From positions 177,400-241,399 of IMG/VR virus record IMGVR_UViG_3300043411_000921: a stretch of 64,000 nt of DNA; one strand, written 5' to 3'. Below the pieces are notes generated by a model that saw only the letters and a program-made list of their open reading frames with translations, did not search any database and had not been told where the DNA came from. This document shows positions 56,080 to 62,814 of the stretch, piece by piece. Within the stretch, counting starts at the first letter, position 1. The number at the start of each line of letters is the position of its first letter. The translations under genes were made by a program, and so were the position numbers.

Positions 56080-56143
56080 TTCTCTTCTCAATGACTTGAA
56101 ACAATCTTATACAATGCTTACAGTTGCTTCTGGAGCAAGAATT

Positions 56144-56953
56144 ATGTCAATCCAGAGACGCAGAACCAAGAGATATCCAAACACCCCCAGGCCCAACAAC
56201 AAGGAAGATCATGAACTGTTTCTGAAATATCAAGGAACCAAAGTTCACAATGAGAATGGTAAACTCATCTCCTCAGACTTGAAGCTGAGGAATCAGCTAG
56301 CAGATCGTAATGCGAGGCTTGTGACTTTTATGGTCAACAAGTTTTACAGCCGCAAGAAGAAGCATCTCGAACTCAGAGACGATCTTCTTCAAGAAGGTCA
56401 CATTGGTTTGGTCCATGCTGTTGAAGGTTTCAAGCCTGAAATGGGAATCATGTTCAGCACTTATGCTGGAATTTGGATTCGGCAAGCTATCAAGACCTAC
56501 CTTCTGGAACACGATCCATTCATGCCCATTCCAGGACACGTCAGAACAGCCAACAACAAACTCGTTAAGCATTGCAAAGAAGTCGGCAAACCCACCGACA
56601 ATTTCTTCATTTTGACTGATGAGGAATTGGCAACCCTTGAAATCACAAAGAACATGGTTGATTGTGTTGAAGCAGCAAGAAAAACCGCAAAGACAAAAAC
56701 CGTGTTTGTTGATTTCTTCCAAGACCTGAGACCAAACTCGGAAGTTTCTGAAACGAGTTTTCTGAAAGGACTCCCAGCCGAGCAAGATGATCGGTTTATC
56801 AACAAGCGTCTTTTGCTGGCAGCGAAGAAGGCATTTACCCAACTTACTCTGAGAGAGCGTTGTGTTCTTCTGGAGAGGTATGGAATTGATTCCAGGCCAT
56901 ATTGGAATGGCGAAACAGTTTTGAGTGAAGAGGATAACGAGGTGACAAAATGA
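56144..56953 (+). CDS. sigma70-family RNA polymerase sigma factor lacking region 4.2
   Basis: RNQL...NARLV, DDLLQEG.IGL..AVE.F.PE.G..FSTYA.IWIRQAI, IPGH, LT.RER.VL..RYG. Confidence 0.88.
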   Translation: MSIQRRRTKRYPNTPRPNNKEDHELFLKYQGTKVHNENGKLISSDLKLRNQLADRNARLVTFMVNKFYSRKKKHLELRDDLLQEGHIGLVHAVEGFKPEMGIMFSTYAGIWIRQAIKTYLLEHDPFMPIPGHVRTANNKLVKHCKEVGKPTDNFFILTDEELATLEITKNMVDCVEAARKTAKTKTVFVDFFQDLRPNSEVSETSFLKGLPAEQDDRFINKRLLLAAKKAFTQLTLRERCVLLERYGIDSRPYWNGETVLSEEDNEVTK

Positions 56954-57237
56954 GTGCATCAACAGGCAAGTACATCACGATTGAAGAAGGTGAAGATTTC
57001 AGGTCCATTGCTACCAAGATGAAGAGCCTTGGTTCCAAAATGAACCATGCAACAGCAAGAAATGTTACTTTGCTGGGAATGCAGAAGTTTCTTGGGAATC
57101 TTGCTCGTGAGTTGAACTGTCCAGTGGACGATGAGACTTGTAAGAGACTTACTCAACAACAACATATTCATGAGTTGATTGGGGAAATTCTTCCCTTGAT
57201 TTGTGATGACATGAAAGAAGTGAAGGAGAAACAATAA
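56950..57237 (+). CDS. sigma region-4.2-like HTH protein
   Basis: GEDFRSIATKM...MNHATARN....GMQKF; ATGA-coupled to the sigma gene. Confidence 0.55.
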   Translation: MSASTGKYITIEEGEDFRSIATKMKSLGSKMNHATARNVTLLGMQKFLGNLARELNCPVDDETCKRLTQQQHIHELIGEILPLICDDMKEVKEKQ

Positions 57238-57572
57238 TGCCCGGTGGAAATCTAAACCAACAACAGCAACAAACAGACCTCAGAGGGTTTCTTGGAAGAA
57301 GGAGAGCAACCCTGCAACAGTGGATGGAAGCAAACAATATCATCGACGCAGAGGGCCTTGGGAGGCTTATTGGTGACAGCAAATGGTATATTGATCCCGA
57401 ACTACTGTCCGAAGCTCAGAGCCTCCTAAAAAAGCCCACAGAGCCTTCTACGGCCATTCCCATTTTGACCACCGTTTCCGAAGAATCCGAACGAAAAAAT
57501 GTGACTGCCGTTTCCGAAGAGGAGAAGGTTGTTTCTGCTGTGATTCCAGCAAAAAGAAAAAAGGGTGTCTAG
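57237..57572 (+). CDS. hypothetical protein
   Basis: TAATG-coupled, AAGGAG RBS. Confidence 0.7.
   Translation: MPGGNLNQQQQQTDLRGFLGRRRATLQQWMEANNIIDAEGLGRLIGDSKWYIDPELLSEAQSLLKKPTEPSTAIPILTTVSEESERKNVTAVSEEEKVVSAVIPAKRKKGV
57348..57452 (+). repeat. family A element, copy 13
   Basis: GGGCCT-TGGGAGGCTTAT-TGGTGACAGCAAAT (57359), closely like copy 1; CCACAGAGCCTTCTA at 57436 (offset 77). Confidence 0.6.
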
Positions 57573-57588
57573 GTAGCTCTAGGAGACA

Positions 57589-57816
57589 ATGAGTTCCCGC
57601 TACCAAAAAGAAAAGCGTTTTCGTCCTCGCAACGACCCTTACCAAAGAACACAATTCAACGCCGGGAAGTATACCCGAATTGAAAGAGTTGTGGTTCTCC
57701 CTCCAAAACAACACCAACAAGATCTTCAACAGCATCAAGAGCCAGATGAGAATAGTGACATGATTCTCTCTGGTTCTGTTGATATTGCTGAAAATCAAAC
57801 TGAAACAGTGGGTTGA
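57589..57816 (+). CDS. hypothetical protein
   Basis: AGGAG RBS. Confidence 0.6.
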   Translation: MSSRYQKEKRFRPRNDPYQRTQFNAGKYTRIERVVVLPPKQHQQDLQQHQEPDENSDMILSGSVDIAENQTETVG

Positions 57817-57836
57817 ATAGTTACCGCTCATAGATC

Positions 57837-58541
57837 ATGAGCATGGGAGAAAGAATCGGTTTGGGGGACTTCGGCAAACTCGCAAGGCCGAAAACTCTCA
57901 CCGATGTTTTTCTTCTGAACCCATCTGCAACTCCAGACCTCGAAGACTGGTGGATTGAAAACAGAAAACTTTCCTACTCCTCAACAACATTCAACAAAGA
58001 TATGTTGGCTGGGACTTATGGGATGAACCTAGATGTTCTCTTTTCAGATCTTTCTATTGATTCCTACCACTGCCAAATAACCTCATTCCTTGTTCTTGTT
58101 TCCAGCGAGTATAAACTCCTGACGACACTAGAACAGATTGAGTTCTACAAGACAAGGAAGCCAAAAGCCAAGGTAAAAGCTGTTGGTGTTACCATCTTCA
58201 AAAACTCACAAGAGGTTTGGAACCCAAATGATTCGGGATTGGTTTGGTTGTTCAGGCCAAGATGTTTGGTGAGGCTGGAAGATGTGAAATTGTTTGAGGA
58301 AGTTGAAACAGGAGATGTTCTTCAGTTTCAAAAGACGAATGGAATGGTGATGAGGGTGTTGAAGGTTCGCCGCAAAAGATTCTACCTGAGCACCTCTTGG
58401 ACAAATCGTTCAATCACTTATTTGACTGGAACCACAGGAAAACTTCTTCAGTTGAATCCAGATAGACCTTTCAAACTTATCAAACTCTCTTCGTCTCAAT
58501 CCTCAACACCGCCATCTTCGTCTTCTTCATCATCAACTTGA
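57837..58541 (+). CDS. hypothetical protein
   Basis: 234 aa; TAGTTA at 57818. Confidence 0.7.
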   Translation: MSMGERIGLGDFGKLARPKTLTDVFLLNPSATPDLEDWWIENRKLSYSSTTFNKDMLAGTYGMNLDVLFSDLSIDSYHCQITSFLVLVSSEYKLLTTLEQIEFYKTRKPKAKVKAVGVTIFKNSQEVWNPNDSGLVWLFRPRCLVRLEDVKLFEEVETGDVLQFQKTNGMVMRVLKVRRKRFYLSTSWTNRSITYLTGTTGKLLQLNPDRPFKLIKLSSSQSSTPPSSSSSSST

Positions 58542-58681
58542 GAGTCTTTTACTTTCTCAACGACACCGATTGCATCTTCGATGATTGCAACTTCGTCTGC
58601 GTCGAGATCGTGCTTGTACTCATCAACAAACTCTTCAAGGCGTTCAGACAGTCGATTCAGAATCTTGGCTCTTGTTTGCAT
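58496..58681 (-). CDS. small acidic protein
   Basis: 61-aa ORF. Confidence 0.55.
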   Translation of the reverse strand: MQTRAKILNRLSERLEEFVDEYKHDLDADEVAIIEDAIGVVEKVKDSQVDDEEDEDGGVED

Positions 58682-59024
58682 TGTGTGTTTGGTCCGTTTC
58701 TTCTGGAAGGGGAGTTACCTGGAAGTTCTTGTCTTTGACAATCCAACCCGTTCGAGTATCCCCATATAGACAGTTGTAATAGAAATGACCATAAGAATCC
58801 ACCACTTCCCTCAACAACACAAAAACTTCCGAGAATCCCTTCAATCCCCACGGTTGCACTGCCCCAGTGAGCGCGGTTCCAAATTCCGTCGTCGTTGAAA
58901 TTATGGTTTCATTTTTCTTCAAACGCGATTCCAGCAAAAGTTCCAAATCAGGATAAACAGCAACAAACACTGGCTTCCTCGTGTTTCTTCTGTTTTTCAG
59001 TGTGCAAATGGATCCTGGTTTCAT
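58644..59024 (-). CDS. hypothetical protein (SH3-like)
   Basis: MKPGSIC ... CLYGDTRTGWI. Confidence 0.6.
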   Translation of the reverse strand: MKPGSICTLKNRRNTRKPVFVAVYPDLELLLESRLKKNETIISTTTEFGTALTGAVQPWGLKGFSEVFVLLREVVDSYGHFYYNCLYGDTRTGWIVKDKNFQVTPLPEETDQTHNANKSQDSESTV

Positions 59025-59044
59025 GTTCCCTAGCTAGACTCATC

Positions 59045-59290
59045 ATGTTCGTTGCTGAATCTCAGAGATACTATGACCACACCTTCCAGGAAAGCAAGAC
59101 GATCCTAAGAACCCAATATGACTCCCTTCTTTGCTCTCTTCTGGTTATCTTCCACAACGGCTCCCAATACCTCTATTTTTCAGTACCTCCAGAGGTTCAC
59201 CAGTCCCTCCTCGATTCCCCAAGCCCAGGAAAATTCTTCCACTCCAACATCCGAGGAAAATTCAGGCACGAACGTCAAACCAATATCTAA
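59045..59290 (+). CDS. KTSC domain protein
   Basis: S..I....YD....LLVIFHNGSQYLYFSVPPEVH..LL.SPSPGKFFH.NIRG. Confidence 0.85.
   Translation: MFVAESQRYYDHTFQESKTILRTQYDSLLCSLLVIFHNGSQYLYFSVPPEVHQSLLDSPSPGKFFHSNIRGKFRHERQTNI
59134..59155 (+). repeat. family B motif, copy 5 (inside KTSC gene)
   Basis: CTCTCTTCTGGTTATCTTCCAC. Confidence 0.7.
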
Positions 59291-59294
59291 CCCC

Positions 59295-59888
59295 ATGAAA
59301 CTAAGCCAAATCCTCTTCACCAACGAAAATTCTGGTGACTTTTCAGGGGCTGGAACCTTCCAAGGTGGACCATTCGGCTTTGGAAACAAACATCAACTCG
59401 CTGCACATGAACCCTGGGAAGGTCTCGAAGATCAGGAAGAAACAGATGAAGTCTTTCTCAAAGAAAGAAGTCCGTCCGACATCTTGTACCGCGATCTCCC
59501 AGGATTTCCCAGGATGAACACCTTGGCAAAACCCGTAGACCACATTCCCCATTCTCCATCAGACGAAGAGAGATACAACATCCCAGATCTCATTCCCCCA
59601 GGAAGAGATGGAGAAGCTGGAGAACACTTCGGCTTTGGACCTCTTGAAGAAGATCCAGCCGTTCTTGCTCGCCACACCGATTGGATCAAAAAAGAAACCG
59701 AGTCGGAGCACGCTGGATATACCTCCAGTGAAATTGCAACCAACTCAGTTCCAACTCATGGTGGAAGCATGGGAGTTATTGCCAAACCCATCAAGCACAC
59801 TCCTGGTCCCGTTGACATCTACAAAAAAGGTTCCGGTCCCGGTTATTCCCTCGGAGAATCTCTTCTCCTCAGCAACCTCCTCTTCTAG
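59295..59888 (+). CDS. hypothetical, putative internal head protein
   Basis: Leader MKLSQILFTNE; FLKE and LEE sites. Confidence 0.65.
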   Translation: MKLSQILFTNENSGDFSGAGTFQGGPFGFGNKHQLAAHEPWEGLEDQEETDEVFLKERSPSDILYRDLPGFPRMNTLAKPVDHIPHSPSDEERYNIPDLIPPGRDGEAGEHFGFGPLEEDPAVLARHTDWIKKETESEHAGYTSSEIATNSVPTHGGSMGVIAKPIKHTPGPVDIYKKGSGPGYSLGESLLLSNLLF

Positions 59889-59904
59889 CCTCCACACCAT
59901 AAAC

Positions 59905-60009
59905 GCTACGGCACTTATACGCCTTATCCGTGCCACCAAATGGTTCAGACGGGTGAGAGTGCGTCAAAACAATTCGGGAGCCTTAAAAAGGCTCCTGGAG
60001 CGATTTGAA
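59905..60009 (+). repeat. family A element, copy 14 (intergenic)
   Basis: AACGCTACGGCACTTATACGCCTTAT identical to copy 6 (core at 59916); TCCTGGAGCGATTTG at 59993 (offset 77). Confidence 0.88.
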
Positions 60010-60066
60010 GTCCAAGGCTGCTTTCTCTCACTGAGACAAGAAAAAACTTGGGTGTGACGAATGTTG

Positions 60067-60096
60067 TTGACGGGAGATTTGTGGTCGTGGTAGACA
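60067..60096 (+). promoter_or_regulatory. sigma70-type promoter
   Basis: TTGACG-N18-TAGACA with TG extension. Confidence 0.5.
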
Positions 60097-60125
60097 TGGT
60101 TCATCCTCAAGGAAAGGAGATAACG

Positions 60126-60431
60126 ATGACGACCGAAGGAAAGATGCGTGAGGTTTTTGTTCAGATGTGGGAAGAGAGTGAGAGAGGTTGGGGCTGCCGA
60201 CCCGATGGCTTTTCCCTCCATCTCAACCAAGAAGATCTTGAGAAGTACGTCAAGGCTTATTGGGATCGAATGCCCGCTGTGGCTCCTGATGAGTACAGTC
60301 GCCCCGATGGCAAACCTTTCAAAGCTCTTGTCTCTGAAGAATGTTACCAGCAACTCATTGAAGCCTCACCACAGAAGTTTGGACTGAGATACTGGAACAG
60401 CGATAAAAGGTTGTTCGCCAAGATTTCGTGA
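60126..60431 (+). CDS. hypothetical phage protein
   Basis: AAGGAG RBS; WEESERGWGCRPDG.SLH. Confidence 0.75.
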   Translation: MTTEGKMREVFVQMWEESERGWGCRPDGFSLHLNQEDLEKYVKAYWDRMPAVAPDEYSRPDGKPFKALVSEECYQQLIEASPQKFGLRYWNSDKRLFAKIS

Positions 60432-60444
60432 TAAGGAGAAAAAC

Positions 60445-60744
60445 ATGTTGACTATTGGAATGGTTTGTGAGATCAATGCCCCCACGGAAAGCCCAGCTTT
60501 CAAAATCAAACAATCCTGGGAACGATTCCAGCCTCCAAAAATCGTGAAGTTGGTTTCCAAGGGAACCGACTTGAGCCCACCTTCTTATTGGGAAGTCCAA
60601 GCTGTGGAGGGCGATGACGAAACGGTTTTTGCAGTCTACGATGCTTGGTTGGTGGAAGCTGGAAGCTGTTTGAGGTTCTTTCCCAAGTGTCCCCGGAGGA
60701 TTCGTGCTGGTTGGTACCGTGAATACGGCGGCACTTGTTCTTGA
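60445..60744 (+). CDS. hypothetical protein
   Basis: TAAGGAG RBS. Confidence 0.7.
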   Translation: MLTIGMVCEINAPTESPAFKIKQSWERFQPPKIVKLVSKGTDLSPPSYWEVQAVEGDDETVFAVYDAWLVEAGSCLRFFPKCPRRIRAGWYREYGGTCS

Positions 60745-61004
60745 ACTCTGAACTTCTCAAACAAACACTTGAAAAACTTTCTCTTCGTGAGATGGTTGTG
60801 AAAGTGAAAATGACTCAAAGAAAGTTTGTTGCCAGAGTCATTTCCCCTGAATACGAAAATCAGGAAGATTGGGAAAGGCAACAAGCGGTTTGGTCTTTGT
60901 TGCTTGGTGAATTGACTGAAGATCAGTGTGAGATGGTTGCATTTGTGTTTACCGACACACCAGAGGAGTACAAAAAGTTTCGGTCGGAGATCGAAAGTGG
61001 TTGA
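60741..61004 (+). CDS. BolA-like protein
   Basis: KFVARVISPEYE......RQQAVW.LL...T.TPEE resembles the BolA fold pattern. Confidence 0.55.
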   Translation: MNSELLKQTLEKLSLREMVVKVKMTQRKFVARVISPEYENQEDWERQQAVWSLLLGELTEDQCEMVAFVFTDTPEEYKKFRSEIESG

Positions 61005-61044
61005 CTAGATAAAAGAGAGGTGTTACAAGGAAGCATCTCTCGCT

Positions 61045-61129
61045 GGAAGAGTATCCTAATGGTAAGGAAACGGTTTGCTAAACCGTCGAGGGCTAACCCC
61101 TCTTGCGAGTTCGACTCTCGTCTCTTCCT
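61045..61129 (+). tRNA. tRNA-Ser(GCT)
   Basis: ACGGT-TTGCTAA-ACCGT, long variable arm, TTCGA. Confidence 0.9.
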
Positions 61130-61279
61130 CCGATGTTTTGTGTGTGGCTGTAAAATGGAACAGTTTCGCAACCCAACTGTAATGTGGGGTGTTGAAAATG
61201 TGGGCAGGAATAATAACTAAACCAACCCACCACACGAAATATCTCTCTGTCCCGGTATGCCGCCTCGTGTTTCTACATT

Positions 61280-61353
61280 CTCTCCATCGTCTAACTGGAT
61301 AAGGCTCTTGCCTTCTAAGCAAGTAATTGGGGGTTCGAATCCCTCTGGGGAGG
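61280..61353 (+). tRNA. tRNA-Arg(TCT)
   Basis: CTTGC-CTTCTAA-GCAAG; TTCGAAT. Confidence 0.9.
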
Positions 61354-61396
61354 CTAGCAACAAAGTTCTTGACAAGGAAAAAGTGACAGGGTAAAA

Positions 61397-61483
61397 GAGA
61401 AAGTGTCCCGAGTGGAAAGGGAGCAGCCTGCAAAGCTGAAGAGGATAAAATCCTCACCAAGAGTTCGATTCTCTTCTTTCTCT
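61397..61483 (+). tRNA. tRNA-Cys(GCA) with a long variable arm
   Basis: GCAGC-CTGCAAA-GCTGA; variable stem GAGGAT/ATCCTC; U73. Confidence 0.8.
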
Positions 61484-61488
61484 CTGAC

Positions 61489-61562
61489 AGTAGTATAGCT
61501 TATGGGTAAAGCCTCCCACCGATAATGGGAAGAAGAAGTTTCAAGCACTTCTACTACTACCA
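61489..61562 (+). tRNA. tRNA-Ile(GAT), C33
   Basis: TCCCA-CCGATAA-TGGGA; encoded CCA. Confidence 0.8.
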
Positions 61563-61564
61563 AC

Positions 61565-61635
61565 AACACCATAACTCAATGGTAGAGTTTCTGCTCGACG
61601 CGCAGAATATATCAGTTCGATTCTGATTGGTGTTA
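61565..61635 (+). tRNA. tRNA-Val(GAC), C33
   Basis: TCTGC-TCGACGC-GCAGA. Confidence 0.8.
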
Positions 61636-61675
61636 TCGTTTCTTCTGAATTTGCTTCATACATAAGCCTTACAAC

Positions 61676-61756
61676 GCCACTGTGGTGGAATGGCAGACAC
61701 CCCGGCTTCAAATCCCGGCGCTTTCGAGCATGTCGGTTCGACTCCGACCAGTGGCA
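61676..61756 (+). tRNA. tRNA-Leu(CAA)
   Basis: CCGGC-TTCAAAT-CCCGG (31-39 mismatch); Leu-type D arm, A73. Confidence 0.85.
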
Positions 61757-61814
61757 CTCAACAACAACAAAAGTGTTGACAGATAGAAAGAGTTAAGTTA
61801 AAGAGCAGACAGAC

Positions 61815-61902
61815 GGGATCGTGGTGGAACGGCAGACACGGCTGATTTAAGGTCAGAAGCATCATTATGATGCACTTGGGGGTTCGAGTCCCTCCGGTCC
61901 TA
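61815..61902 (+). tRNA. tRNA-Leu(TAA)
   Basis: GCTGA-TTTAAGG-TCAGA, long variable arm. Confidence 0.88.
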
Positions 61903-61936
61903 CTCAAGAAAGTCCTTGACAGACAAAACAAAAGAT

Positions 61937-62010
61937 GGCACAGTAGCCCAATCGGCAGAGGCAATGGTTCGAGAAGCCATCTAGTGAGAGTTCAAATCTC
62001 TTCTGAACCA
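61937..62010 (+). tRNA. tRNA-Leu(GAG), short variable loop, C33, acceptor mismatches
   Basis: ATGGT-TCGAGAA-GCCAT. Confidence 0.65.
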
Positions 62011-62063
62011 CTGATAGAAACAAAGATAGAAGAAGGTAGTTAGAATAGTAACGGTAGTATCAT

Positions 62064-62141
62064 CGGGGATCGGACTCAAGGCGGGTCGCCTGTTTTGGAA
62101 ACAGGACATTCAGGCAGGTTCAATTCCTGCATCCCCGACCA
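62064..62141 (+). tRNA. tRNA-Pro(TGG), A37
   Basis: CCTGT-TTTGGAA-ACAGG; CGGGGAT/ATCCCCG; ACCA. Confidence 0.85.
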
Positions 62142-62196
62142 AACTTCTCACAGCGCCTCAGTTGTGAATCGTTCTTTGAAAACTTGTGTTGAATTA

Positions 62197-62283
62197 GGAA
62201 GGGCAAGCCGATGGGCGACGGCGCCGGTCTTGAAAACCGTGTGACCAGTAATGGTCTTGTGAGTTCGACTCTCACCCCTTCCG
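62197..62283 (+). tRNA. tRNA-Ser(TGA)
   Basis: CGGT-CTTGAAA-ACCG, long variable arm, G73. Confidence 0.9.
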
Positions 62284-62284
62284 C

Positions 62285-62357
62285 CGCGGGATCGTCTAAC
62301 GGTTTAGGACACAGGGCTCATACCCCTGAAATCTTGGTTCGATTCCTTGTCCCGCGA
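62285..62357 (+). tRNA. tRNA-Met(CAT), initiator-like anticodon stem
   Basis: CAGGG-CTCATAC-CCCTG; C1-G72 paired; T-stem mismatches. Confidence 0.75.
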
Positions 62358-62360
62358 TCT

Positions 62361-62446
62361 GGATCGTCTGTTCTATGGTAGAACAGTTGACTGTAAATCA
62401 ACCGGCCCAACAGGCTAAGCAAGTTCGATTCTTGTCTGATCCACCA
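62361..62446 (+). tRNA. tRNA-Tyr(GTA)
   Basis: GTTGA-CTGTAAA-TCAAC, variable arm, ACCA. Confidence 0.85.
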
Positions 62447-62448
62447 GA

Positions 62449-62521
62449 CACTCTTGTATCTTCACCGGCAGAAGACGCGCTTGCCGCGCAGGGGTAGTTG
62501 GTTCAATTCCAACCAGAGTGT
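62449..62521 (+). pseudogene. degenerate tRNA-Gly(GCC)-like gene
   Basis: Good T arm and D stem; anticodon stem poorly paired; bulged acceptor stem. Confidence 0.5.
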
Positions 62522-62666
62522 CTTTTGATAATCCAACAGGAGGAGTTGCAACTTGTTCAATCCGCAAATAGGGTTGACTTTGCGATGGAGAGGAGTAGCT
62601 AACCTCAAACCTCCAGGAAACTATCCTCATACCAGGACGCTGGACGAAGGAACAGTTTCCGATTTT

Positions 62667-62742
62667 GCCCACTTAGCTCAATTGGCAGAGCACCTGACCT
62701 GTAATCAGGCGGTTGTCCGTTCAACTCGGATAGTGGGCTCCA
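62667..62742 (+). tRNA. tRNA-Thr(TGT), C33
   Basis: CCTGA-CCTGTAA-TCAGG; TCCA end. Confidence 0.85.
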
Positions 62743-62743
62743 C

Positions 62744-62814
62744 AGGTCGGTAGTGCAAAGGCAGCACACTGGTTTCCAACTCCAGAAATAAAGGTTCGAG
62801 TCCTTTCCTTCCTG
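62744..62814 (+). tRNA. tRNA-Trp(CCA)
   Basis: CTGGT-TTCCAAC-TCCAG; G73; acceptor mismatches. Confidence 0.75.

Noticed and set aside
1797-60009. Family A elements as CRISPR repeats or MITE insertions
   Set aside because: Copies are dispersed, not arrayed; there are no cas genes or target-site duplications; copies inside conserved enzymes add no apparent inserted residues.
61676-61756. Opal suppressor or Sec tRNA (TCA read in the loop)
   Set aside because: Stem register places CAA at 34-36, and the body has Leu features with A73.
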